The notes under the pieces are model-generated. The model did not search any database. It was not told where the DNA came from and worked only from the letters and a program-made list of their open reading frames with translations. From positions 1-24,077 of IMG/VR virus record IMGVR_UViG_3300018089_000005: a DNA stretch of 24,077 nucleotides; one strand, written 5' to 3'. A program made the position numbers and the translations under genes. Of this stretch, positions 7,640 through 15,331 are shown piece by piece (position 1 is the first letter of the stretch; each line of letters opens with the position of its first letter). The DNA is from a virus (lineage: Duplodnaviria > Caudoviricetes).

Positions 7640-7813
7640 CTACTGCTCTCGCGCGATGCGCTGCACGTCGGCCCATGATAGACCGCCCATGACGCTCTTA
7701 GGTCCACGCTGGCGCATTCCGACAGCTCTCAGCACCCAAGATGGGATCTTGCGACATCTCGGCTGTGGGACCTTCTCATGGCCCATGCGGGCCTGTTTCT
7801 TCTGGGATGACAT
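7640..7813 (-). CDS. Basic hypothetical protein (57 aa, not in ORF track)
   Basis: GGAGGT RBS, MSSQKKQARMGHEK...WADVQRIAREQ*. Confidence 0.5.
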   Translation of the reverse strand: MSSQKKQARMGHEKVPQPRCRKIPSWVLRAVGMRQRGPKSVMGGLSWADVQRIAREQ

Positions 7814-7843
7814 TTAATTTATACCTCCACTATTGAGAGCTGA

Positions 7844-8146
7844 CTATGAGTTGAAATTCATTTTGTGACGGTCGTCTATACTAGCAACTTCAACCTCCGT
7901 TGGCAGAAAACCGCCTATAGACAATATTCTGCTCTCCTGTACATTAGCCTTGTATCCACGATACTTACAGCATATCTCGATCATTTGCGGCAACCAAGAA
8001 TTTAGATGAAATTGCCAATCGTTTTTGTATTTTCCCTCATTAATGAGGCCAGACAGTAATTCTGAGAACTGAGACAAGAATTCCCACTCGTCTTGGGCAT
8101 CTGTGCTAATGCCCATATTGTCGCCACATTTAAATAACTTGATCAT
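7844..8146 (-). CDS. Hypothetical protein
   Basis: AAGGAG RBS, operon orientation. Confidence 0.65.
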   Translation of the reverse strand: MIKLFKCGDNMGISTDAQDEWEFLSQFSELLSGLINEGKYKNDWQFHLNSWLPQMIEICCKYRGYKANVQESRILSIGGFLPTEVEVASIDDRHKMNFNS

Positions 8147-8174
8147 TTTCTATCTCCTTCTTGATGAAATATCT

Positions 8175-8603
8175 TCAGCCTCCTACGAACGATAGATCGC
8201 TCACAAGGTCTGGGTGCAGCATGGCGTCTACCGGGCAAATGTGCCGCACACCCTGGCAGCAGGCCGCTGCTGCGTCAAGTACCGCCTGCTTGATATTTGG
8301 AAACTTGATCGCAACATGAAACTTGCTGTCTACCTCGGTCACAGTCACCTCAGCATCCTTCATGTCTTTTGGTGCTATGTTGTGCCGCTTGCCTTTGCCC
8401 TGTGCTAGAGTCAAGGCCACCTTGAGCATACAGGCTCCAAGTGCCGCTGGAACCGCCACGGTTGGATGCTCAGGACCCATCATGAGATTGCCATCTCGGC
8501 AATACGCTAGATGATATCCGTCATCCAGATTAAGATGAATGAGAAACCTACCAAGGAAATGCTCAGGTACTACTGACTTAGCAAACATCTGATTACCCCT
8601 CAT
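8175..8603 (-). CDS. Hypothetical protein
   Basis: 142-aa ORF in operon orientation overlapping the upstream stop. Start uncertain. Confidence 0.6.
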   Translation of the reverse strand: MRGNQMFAKSVVPEHFLGRFLIHLNLDDGYHLAYCRDGNLMMGPEHPTVAVPAALGACMLKVALTLAQGKGKRHNIAPKDMKDAEVTVTEVDSKFHVAIKFPNIKQAVLDAAAACCQGVRHICPVDAMLHPDLVSDLSFVGG

Positions 8604-8790
8604 TACCGTGCTTGCCCAGACACATCATCAAAACAACTCCGGTCAAACCTGTTAACAAGCCAAAGATGGCCATCGCTTGACGGCCGTGCTCGGGAAATAC
8701 GTCCGGTACAGTCAGCATGGCAATACCGATGATAAAGGTTCCTATTCCTACAACTCCGGTAATGAAACACGAAGCTACCCAGATGTTCAT
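8593..8790 (-). CDS. Small two-TM membrane protein
   Basis: AGGAGG RBS, two hydrophobic segments. Confidence 0.65.
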   Translation of the reverse strand: MNIWVASCFITGVVGIGTFIIGIAMLTVPDVFPEHGRQAMAIFGLLTGLTGVVLMMCLGKHGNEG

Positions 8791-8791
8791 G

Positions 8792-8890
8792 TTAACCTCC
8801 TCTCCGCGTGCGGGCTAAGATATATTCCAGCGCCGCGAAGCTGCCAGCCAAAACGATTAACATCATTGCTGCTCCTGCTATTTCGATCAC
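8792..8890 (-). CDS. 32-aa single-TM peptide (not in ORF track)
   Basis: AAGGAG RBS plus GTG. MIEIAGAAMMLIVLAGSFAALEYILARTRRGG* exactly fills the gap between neighbours. Confidence 0.5.
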   Translation of the reverse strand: MIEIAGAAMMLIVLAGSFAALEYILARTRRGG

Positions 8891-8894
8891 CGTT

Positions 8895-9065
8895 CTACTC
8901 CTTTTCTTCGTTTAGTTTCTTAAGTTCTCTGAGAATACGTTCCAAATCTTTCATAACGCTCGCTATTTTTTCGGCTCTGGTAGTAACCTTCTGTTTTGGT
9001 TCATCATAGGTACTTATTAAATCCCAATAATACGTATCATGTATCTCTTTCAATGATAAGCACAT
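8895..9065 (-). CDS. Small coiled-coil hypothetical protein
   Basis: GAGG RBS before ATG 9065, just after the exonuclease stop. Confidence 0.5.
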   Translation of the reverse strand: MCLSLKEIHDTYYWDLISTYDEPKQKVTTRAEKIASVMKDLERILRELKKLNEEKE

Positions 9066-9072
9066 CTCTGAT

Positions 9073-10170
9073 TTACCTCTCGCAATCCTTCGTACATCCA
9101 GGTATCGACGATACCGTTGCATTAAAGGCCGCTTTAATTTCCTGCACATTCCCATCTGCCAGCATTGCGGGTGGTGTGCTTTGGATTTCCTTGCTTGAAA
9201 AGAATCCGGGACCGTTACGGAATCTCTTTCCCTGATGCTCGTACTCTACATACCTCTGTTCGTCACTCGCATCCACTTGCTGATATGGCAAAAGAGTCGG
9301 GATGAAAACATGCTGATTGCATCCTTGCCGCTGATCTTCCAAGCTGATCTCGCTATCCCACTTCTCGCACCACCACACTCCACCTTCGCGATCTGTCATG
9401 GCCGTGCTGCTAATGCAGGTACGGCAGTTGACTTCCGGCACTGTGCCGTAATGGCACACGGGTATATAGCTGCACATCTTGCATTGATACCATGCAGGAT
9501 TTGATGAAATGCGCTCGGGCGTCTCAGACGCTTCTACCACATCTCTGGCGCGCAAAAGCAGTTGCTCCGCGAAGTCTGGATTCGCATCTGTCATCACGGA
9601 TATCGTTTCCCTGCCGCCAGGGGTTGAACATGTCAGGTAGTGCTGCGAAATGCCAGCATGGTGCATGTAGAGCACTGCCTGCGCGTAATACATCGAAGAC
9701 CATTCCTCTAGGGCTTTCTTTTCTCCATGCTGTTCCACGCATTTTCGCAGCGCGGATTGCTCTGTCGGGTCAACCTGTTTGTGTTCCCAAACAAACCATT
9801 CGCCAGGATTCTGCAACAATCCAGTGATAGCGCCGTCCATGTGGCCGCTGACATGTCCACTCACCGCGGTATATGCAAACTGCTCTCCAGTGTTTGGATC
9901 AACGGTATGCAGTTCTATTTCATCTACCAGGCGCAACCGCTCTGCCATAACAGCCTCCCCACGGTGGCCGTCCGTAAATCGTTTCAAAGTTGCGGCAGAG
10001 AAGTTTTTCCGTCCACACCATCGAAACGAGTAAAACAAATGCCGCGCGCACGGATGTCCGATGCTCGACATGCCGAGATAAGGACGCAAGCGATCCTGCT
10101 TAGCGCGCGCTTCTAGTGCCGCATCAACTGCGGCCAATGTTGGATCTTCAAGATTGGAAGATTTCTTCAC
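9073..10170 (-). CDS. Cas4-like / PD-(D/E)XK phage exonuclease with Fe-S-type cysteines
   Basis: YLGMSSIGHPC, GH.DG, WEHK, Q...YM, CKMC.....C, then extra Cys cluster NCRTC...C...C..H. Confidence 0.88.
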   Translation of the reverse strand: MKKSSNLEDPTLAAVDAALEARAKQDRLRPYLGMSSIGHPCARHLFYSFRWCGRKNFSAATLKRFTDGHRGEAVMAERLRLVDEIELHTVDPNTGEQFAYTAVSGHVSGHMDGAITGLLQNPGEWFVWEHKQVDPTEQSALRKCVEQHGEKKALEEWSSMYYAQAVLYMHHAGISQHYLTCSTPGGRETISVMTDANPDFAEQLLLRARDVVEASETPERISSNPAWYQCKMCSYIPVCHYGTVPEVNCRTCISSTAMTDREGGVWWCEKWDSEISLEDQRQGCNQHVFIPTLLPYQQVDASDEQRYVEYEHQGKRFRNGPGFFSSKEIQSTPPAMLADGNVQEIKAAFNATVSSIPGCTKDCER

Positions 10171-10213
10171 CTACTTCTCCAATGCCGGGGGTCAAAGCCC
10201 CCGGCTGTATCTG

Positions 10214-10432
10214 TTATTCAGGCTGCCCAGCAACCTGCCATACGATGCGCGCGTACTCCATATGCGCCTGACGTACTTGCAAGTGACGCCGAGCATTTCT
10301 GAGCCTAGCCCGTGCTTTGTCCCGAACAGTGCATGCCCGACCGTTGCCGCACCGATTGCCTTGGCATCTCTGGCACATCGTGAGTAGATCCTTCTCCGCA
10401 CGGTCCACACGTTTCTGCATGATCCCTCGCAT
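10214..10432 (-). CDS. Small Cys-containing hypothetical protein
   Basis: CQRC....C.....C, lies between the SSB and exonuclease genes. Confidence 0.5.
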   Translation of the reverse strand: MRGIMQKRVDRAEKDLLTMCQRCQGNRCGNGRACTVRDKARARLRNARRHLQVRQAHMEYARIVWQVAGQPE

Positions 10433-10435
10433 GGG

Positions 10436-10954
10436 TTAGCCAGCCTTCTTTGCCCAGGGAGGCGCCGTCTTGGAAACCTTGGCATCGGTGGCGGCGGAAG
10501 GAGGCTGTGTGACGGGCGCGATGTATGGCGAAGACGATTCTCCAATGGCTTTGAAAGCTTTGATTTCGTTTCTGGCTTCGCGGTGAGTTCCAGTTTTATC
10601 GACGCCAGCCTGCACGTAAATGACTCTGATCTCCATAGGAATATTATGCAGCTCCTGGCTGTCCCTAATCCTAAGCTTACCTACCGCGCGGCACAGCGAT
10701 GATAGCTGACGCTGCCCGATCTCTTGAGCGCTAGTATTGGGGTTGGTTAATGTGATATTTCCCCATACGAGACGCCTGGTAAATGGGCCTTCCAAGACCT
10801 GGCATGCCAGCGCCAGGTAGGTGCCTGTGCCAGCCTTGTTCTTTTTCACGTCAGAATCCGTAATCATCGCACGATAGATTCCGGTGGGTATAGGCTCGAA
10901 GTCGTCTTGAGGTTTGACAGACTCAGCGTTGAACTCATTTCCTAAAGATGCCAT
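10436..10954 (-). CDS. DUF669-family phage single-stranded DNA-binding protein
   Basis: FEPIP.G.Y.A.I..S......G.G.YL.L...VLEG...R.VW.N..L.N.N..A.EI....LS.LCRAVG...NEIK.F...PPW. Follows the Sak4-like gene. Confidence 0.88.
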   Translation of the reverse strand: MASLGNEFNAESVKPQDDFEPIPTGIYRAMITDSDVKKNKAGTGTYLALACQVLEGPFTRRLVWGNITLTNPNTSAQEIGQRQLSSLCRAVGKLRIRDSQELHNIPMEIRVIYVQAGVDKTGTHREARNEIKAFKAIGESSSPYIAPVTQPPSAATDAKVSKTAPPWAKKAG

Positions 10955-10969
10955 TTCAATAACTCCTGA

Positions 10970-11668
10970 TTAGATTGGGTTAGATTGCATATTAAGAATC
11001 TTGGCTATAATTTTGCCAAGATCCGGTGGTTCGAATGGTAACAATTTACCACTTCTATCTTTGCATCCAAATTGGTAATCGCTAACTGTTTGTAACCATC
11101 TACTCTTCTTTCCTTCAGTGTCCTCCTCGACGCGAAGCGCCATCACTTCATCAAATAGGTACGGGATCGCCTGACCTACCTTATTACCTGGCATCATCGG
11201 AGAATAAAGCATAGCCCCGCTCATATCATCTTTCATACGCTCAATTTTTGCGCTCATGTAAACATTGCGCTCAGGCAAGTCACGAAATGCCTTGACCAGA
11301 TCAAGCATAGTTTCCTGTAGAGCTCCGTATGCAGCTCGGGGATCTTTGTTGATCTTTTTCTCGGCAGCAAGAACTACCTCTGCAATCTCCGAAATAGAGT
11401 CAATAGCAACATTTACAAATTTTCTGCCATCAGCAGATTCCAATACAAAGCGATATGCTTCATATACGTCTGCTAATGTACTCACGGCAAGCGTAGGAAT
11501 GTCATATTCAGACAATGATAGTAGCCCAGCCTCGGCAGAGATAATGACAGTATCTGGTCCAAGCGTTGCACATAACTTCGTTTTCCCAGATCCAGCACCG
11601 CCGTATACCAGCATTTTGACGCCATGCAGTTGCGCGGAGTCTTTCGTGGATGTCAAGCGAATAGCCAT
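10970..11668 (-). CDS. Sak4-like AAA_24 ATPase (phage recombinase)
   Basis: KMLVYGGAGSGKT, ISAEAGLLS, IDSISEIAE, PYLFDEV, KDRSG.L...E.PDL. Confidence 0.9.
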   Translation of the reverse strand: MAIRLTSTKDSAQLHGVKMLVYGGAGSGKTKLCATLGPDTVIISAEAGLLSLSEYDIPTLAVSTLADVYEAYRFVLESADGRKFVNVAIDSISEIAEVVLAAEKKINKDPRAAYGALQETMLDLVKAFRDLPERNVYMSAKIERMKDDMSGAMLYSPMMPGNKVGQAIPYLFDEVMALRVEEDTEGKKSRWLQTVSDYQFGCKDRSGKLLPFEPPDLGKIIAKILNMQSNPI

Positions 11669-12055
11669 TTACAGCACCTCCACAGATATGCTCGGCTTGG
11701 CCGGCGTCGCCGTGATGGCCTGTGCTAAGATGGCGTATAAAGCCGGTTCGTTGTTTTGCAGATAGCGCATTTCTTTCAGATCCAGCTCGGGCTTATAGCG
11801 CAGTACATTGGCACGTATTGGTAGCGGGATTTGATCCTGTATCTTCTCTAGGATCTCTGAATCTACCTTGCGGTTGATGCGCGTAGTCACTGTGACGCGG
11901 AACCAAGTTGTATCTTGGTGTTGCTTGCCCTCATCCGCCAGTTTGCCCATGCACTCCAGCAGTAGCTTCTCAGCCTCTAGCCGCGCCTGACGCGCTGCCT
12001 CTTCCGCTGCCTTTGCCTCGCGCCATTGCTGCGCAATTTCGTCGATGCGAGTCAT
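11669..12055 (-). CDS. Conserved phage protein upstream of Sak4
   Basis: W..AK.AE..A...R...E...RYKPELD...T.TPAKPS.S pattern typical of this recombination module. Confidence 0.75.
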   Translation of the reverse strand: MTRIDEIAQQWREAKAAEEAARQARLEAEKLLLECMGKLADEGKQHQDTTWFRVTVTTRINRKVDSEILEKIQDQIPLPIRANVLRYKPELDLKEMRYLQNNEPALYAILAQAITATPAKPSISVEVL

Positions 12056-12058
12056 GGC

Positions 12059-12256
12059 TTACCACCCCGCCGCAACGGCTATGACACTGTAGACAACATA
12101 GGCGATTTCTGTGGCGAGCGCTCCAAGCGCGATTCCGACCATGGCCTCCATTAACCATTCCTGTGTCTGACGATCAACTTCCGGCTCAGTCGGAATCTGG
12201 CGAATGGCTTCGTATTGCGCGATAGCGCGGCGTGCATAATAGTCTGTTGCGTTCAT
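12059..12256 (-). CDS. Small membrane protein
   Basis: C-terminal hydrophobic helix. ATGA-coupled to the upstream ORF. Confidence 0.55.
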   Translation of the reverse strand: MNATDYYARRAIAQYEAIRQIPTEPEVDRQTQEWLMEAMVGIALGALATEIAYVVYSVIAVAAGW

Positions 12257-12399
12257 TTGCTTTGCATTTCCAAAGTTGGTTTACGATTCTGTTGCTCTTT
12301 CTCAGTCTGTCTAGATAAGGTTCTGTTGTGCATCTCCAAAGCGATTCTGAATACGATTTCCAACACCTCCCACATATCACCTTTGCGATTCTCACTCAT
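12253..12399 (-). CDS. 48-aa hypothetical protein (not in ORF track)
   Basis: MSENRKGDMWEVLEIVFRIALEMHNR...QSK*. Its TGA overlaps the next ATG. Confidence 0.5.
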   Translation of the reverse strand: MSENRKGDMWEVLEIVFRIALEMHNRTLSRQTEKEQQNRKPTLEMQSK

Positions 12400-12581
12400 G
12401 TTGTGAGAGTCCTGTTGCGAATGACCATGATGACCACCAGCTTCCTAAACATCGCATGCAGAGCTTGTATGCTTGTACCATTGACGCATGGCACTAGAGC
12501 CCCGTTGCGAGATACGGTCAATACCCCTTTGGCGAGCGGATGTTGGATAATGCGGATACACATGTCATATTCCCCAGGTTG

Positions 12582-12956
12582 TTATATCAGCTCTGAGTTC
12601 ATATCCCGTGCACGATTACGCGCATCTAATAAAGCCTCAACATCGTCTGCGCTAATACCGACCCGCTCCATGGAGTTTGACAAAGCCTCCTCGATAAAGG
12701 ACTCTGCCACAGTCCTGACGCGGGACAAAAACTCGTGCGTAAAGAGGGTGATAGTGGAAGGAATCTTTCCGCTTAGTGCGTGTGCAGCCCTTATGCACAT
12801 CGCAAGCGATCCAGCGGCATCCCGCATAATCTCCTCTCCGGCGCACGTCATGAGTAGGATGCTAGTCATCTCGATTTTCTCAACTTCGGTCAGGTTGTCT
12901 ATGCTGCGAACGCCGCGCAGCACACAGCGATCTGCGATTTCGGTCAGAGTGCTCAT
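12582..12956 (-). CDS. First gene of leftward early operon, hypothetical
   Basis: AGGAG RBS directly downstream of pL. Confidence 0.75.
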   Translation of the reverse strand: MSTLTEIADRCVLRGVRSIDNLTEVEKIEMTSILLMTCAGEEIMRDAAGSLAMCIRAAHALSGKIPSTITLFTHEFLSRVRTVAESFIEEALSNSMERVGISADDVEALLDARNRARDMNSELI

Positions 12957-13005
12957 GGTATTTGGTCTCCTGTTGCGTCAGCGTCTTTGCCTGCTGACGA
13001 TTACT

Positions 13006-13033
13006 ACTATACTACATATTTTGTACGTGTCAA
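13006..13033 (-). promoter_or_regulatory. pL early promoter with operator-like site
   Basis: Minus strand TTGACA-N16-TATAGT. The spacer contains ACAAAATATGTAG, similar to sites at pR. Confidence 0.8.
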
Positions 13034-13055
13034 CAAGTTTTTTTGCAGGGCAGGC

Positions 13056-13082
13056 AAAAAAAGAGCCCGTGGTCAGCGGGCT
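13056..13082 (-). terminator. Rho-independent terminator after repressor gene
   Basis: Minus strand AGCCCG-loop-CGGGCT followed by C and T7. Confidence 0.8.
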
Positions 13083-13121
13083 ATAGGGGAGAAGAAGAGG
13101 AAAGTGTTGCGGCAGTAAGAT

Positions 13122-13598
13122 TTATTTCATATTTGATGCGCGGGTGCCGCGACGCCCGGAGCGTCTGCGATCAGCTCCTATATAGTCACGAGTCACGATC
13201 AGCTCGTAAGCGTCTCCTTGCTGGATGGCAAGCATCTGGGACAGCGCGGCTGTGAGCATGTCTGCTGAGAGCTTGGATGATGCCTGACCCTCCAGGCGCT
13301 TAATCTCCGATTCGGTATCGAGCATAGGTCGCTCACCCTTTATCAGCCAGTCATAGCGCACTCCAAGCACCCGTGATAGAGGGTACAGTACCCCTGCGCG
13401 CTGCGTTCTACCAGAACGCCCAGCAAGGATCCCTTGGATATTTTGCCATGAGCAGTCCACACGCTCGGCAAGCTTGCGCATGCCAGCAGTGTTTATCGTA
13501 TACCCCGCCCTCAGCATCGCCTGTCTCAGACGGTCCGCGATGGTGCCGACAAGCAGCCCTCTTAACGGCAGTGTCGTATCTGGAGTGTAGCAAAACAT
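13122..13598 (-). CDS. CI-like XRE repressor without S24 autopeptidase domain
   Basis: TIADRLRQAM...RKLAERVDCSWQNIQGIL.G...LSRVLGVRYDWLIKGE. Divergent from cro. Start uncertain. Confidence 0.82.
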   Translation of the reverse strand: MFCYTPDTTLPLRGLLVGTIADRLRQAMLRAGYTINTAGMRKLAERVDCSWQNIQGILAGRSGRTQRAGVLYPLSRVLGVRYDWLIKGERPMLDTESEIKRLEGQASSKLSADMLTAALSQMLAIQQGDAYELIVTRDYIGADRRRSGRRGTRASNMK

Positions 13599-13630
13599 GT
13601 TGTTGACTCCTACAAGTTTTGTTGTATAAT
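13590..13630 (+). promoter_or_regulatory. pR promoter and operator-like repeats
   Basis: TTGACT(13603)-N16-TATAAT(13625). Palindrome TACAA-N6-TTGTA (13611-13626) and related GCAAAACATGTTGT (13590-13603). Confidence 0.82.
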
Positions 13631-13637
13631 GAAGTTT

Positions 13638-13850
13638 ATGAGCAAAGATGCACTAATCAAAGCAGTCAAGATAGTCGGTGGCCAGTCGGCGATGGCTCGA
13701 CTTTGTGGAGTTAGGCAAGGTCATGTGTGGTTTTGGCTTAACAGACGCAAGGGCAAGCTGCCCGCTGAGTTGGCTCTTCTGATCGAGAAAGCCACCCATG
13801 GCGCCGTCACGCGCCATGAACTGCGTCCCGACATCTTCTCACCTCCATAG
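13638..13850 (+). CDS. cro: Cro/YdaS-like repressor
   Basis: AL.KAV.IVGGQSAMARLCGVRQ..VW.WL...P.E.AL.IE.AT.GAVTRHELRPDIF. The ATG lies 7 nt after the -10, so the mRNA is probably leaderless. Confidence 0.9.
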   Translation: MSKDALIKAVKIVGGQSAMARLCGVRQGHVWFWLNRRKGKLPAELALLIEKATHGAVTRHELRPDIFSPP

Positions 13851-13895
13851 CTGCCGCCTGCTCATACGGCAGCTCTATTTCGGATACTGGACGTT

Positions 13896-14141
13896 ATGTC
13901 TACTGAGAAAGATTTCGAGTTGAAAACCAAGGTCGGCGAAGACACTTGGCGAATTTTTACTCAACTGGCAGCTCTGCTTGAGAGGTCTGCGGCAGAGTAT
14001 CTCCGCCGTCTTGTAGAGGACCACTGTTACGGACAGCAACGTCGATTGCATGTGCTTACTTTACAGGCAGAGGCCACACAATGTCTAGGGCTAAACAAGT
14101 CTATTAGCGGCCAAGTTAGACCTAAAGCGCGTCAATCATAG
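13896..14141 (+). CDS. CII-position regulator, ribbon-helix-helix-like
   Basis: Position after cro. ELKTKV.E.....F..LA....RS.AEYLRRLVEDH. Confidence 0.6.
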   Translation: MSTEKDFELKTKVGEDTWRIFTQLAALLERSAAEYLRRLVEDHCYGQQRRLHVLTLQAEATQCLGLNKSISGQVRPKARQS

Positions 14142-14154
14142 GAGTATAGCTTAG

Positions 14155-14346
14155 ATGCGTGAGTTGTTTGTAGATGATATCAAGGTCGGTATGCGGGTGA
14201 GATCCCGCTGTCATGTCGAAATGCCCTGGGGCACAGAAGGTGTCATAGAGCGGACCGATCCCACGCTGCCGTATATGGCCTGCGTACTGGGAGATGATGG
14301 CAGACGGCGCTTGCTGTTTGTCTGGGAGATGAGCATCAATGACTAA
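14155..14346 (+). CDS. Small SH3/KOW-like hypothetical protein
   Basis: AGGAG RBS. IKVGMRVR...GTEGVIE. Confidence 0.6.
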   Translation: MRELFVDDIKVGMRVRSRCHVEMPWGTEGVIERTDPTLPYMACVLGDDGRRRLLFVWEMSIND

Positions 14347-14938
14347 GTTGCGGGGGAACGTTGTTAGCTTGGGCCTGTCTGGGCCGCATTTGCACCCAAC
14401 CAAGGAGATGGTCCGTAACCTGTTCGGTTATACACCTCTCACCATCAAGAGAGAGCTTAATTTGGAGGGGCACTGGCTAGCGTGGGAACGCGCGACCATC
14501 GAGGGTCCTGGCGGTTTTCTCTTGGCCGTCGCTATCGTAGGGCCGTGCCGGGAAAGAGCGCAGCTCGAACTGCATGATAGCCATCGTGCCATACTTAGGC
14601 TTCCCAAGCTACCTGAAAGGCAATCCGGGGATCTTGACGGCACGTTTGGCTTCACCGTGGTCGGCCCGCGCGGCGTGGTCAAAGTCAGAAACGGTGCTAT
14701 TATCGGCGCCCCCCACATCCATATACCGGATACATCTCCATGGGCACAGCACACCACTCTCGCTGTGCACGTCATGTCATCCAGCGCAGATTTGTGGTAC
14801 GACGACATGCCTGTCAAGGTCGGCAAGCATACGGCCACAGAGGTGCACCTAGACCGTGAGCAGGCGCTGCTTGCGCTTGGTGCCGGCCCGTATCTCGTAT
14901 CGGCCCACACCACCAAGGAGGAGTCACATGAGCACTGA
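14339..14938 (+). CDS. PduL-like phosphotransacylase (divergent)
   Basis: S..HLH...LFG...L...G...A.E..TI.GP.G....V.IVGP.R...Q.E...R.SGDL.GT.G.T.VGP.G.V....G.I....HIH...VHLD. Confidence 0.8.
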   Translation: MTKLRGNVVSLGLSGPHLHPTKEMVRNLFGYTPLTIKRELNLEGHWLAWERATIEGPGGFLLAVAIVGPCRERAQLELHDSHRAILRLPKLPERQSGDLDGTFGFTVVGPRGVVKVRNGAIIGAPHIHIPDTSPWAQHTTLAVHVMSSSADLWYDDMPVKVGKHTATEVHLDREQALLALGAGPYLVSAHTTKEESHEH

Positions 14939-15059
14939 CCTCTTGGAGTGGGTAGACCGCAGCAACCCGGCGCTCAGAGAGCTTTGCAAGTGCTTTGAAG
15001 CGCTCCTCAAAGAGACGCAGGAGCTTATGGAGCTCATCCACGCAGTATTACCCATCTAA
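14928..15059 (+). CDS. 43-aa hypothetical protein
   Basis: AAGGAGGAG RBS before ATG 14928. Confidence 0.55.
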   Translation: MSTDLLEWVDRSNPALRELCKCFEALLKETQELMELIHAVLPI

Positions 15060-15073
15060 CGTTTTTATCGGTC

Positions 15074-15331
15074 ATGAAACCAAAATTTCCGGGCGATGCA
15101 TCGTTTCATCCGCGGGATCTATCTGACTACGACCTGCTGCAATGGGCTGCGCGATGCACTAACCGCTATGGCATACAGCACATCGCGCGCATGACCGATA
15201 TCAACGAAATGCGCGCTCTCCTCATCGAGAGCGCGTGCATTAACCAAGAAGTACGCAGACGCCTCGTTGTGCAATTGAATCTCAATGAGGATCTGATGCA
15301 CCTCATGAAACTAAGAGAGCCAACATCATGA
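15074..15331 (+). CDS. Hypothetical protein
   Basis: ATGA-coupled to the primase gene. Confidence 0.6.
   Translation: MKPKFPGDASFHPRDLSDYDLLQWAARCTNRYGIQHIARMTDINEMRALLIESACINQEVRRRLVVQLNLNEDLMHLMKLREPTS

Noticed and set aside
8593-8890. Small TM proteins as holins
   Set aside because: They lie in the early-left operon with no intact endolysin adjacent.
9073-10170. Cas4-like nuclease as evidence of CRISPR-Cas
   Set aside because: No repeat-spacer array or other cas genes. It sits in the standard Sak4-SSB-exonuclease phage module.
10184-10205. GC hairpin as a third IS200/IS605 end
   Set aside because: It lacks the guide/cleavage motifs and a partner end. More likely an intergenic stem-loop.
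12400-12570. Possible gene or stop-codon readthrough
   Set aside because: Only very short frames follow the RBS-like site, with no other sign of recoding in the window.
12328-13086. 252-aa plus-strand ORF
   Set aside because: Antisense to the pL operon, runs through pL, no recognisable motifs.
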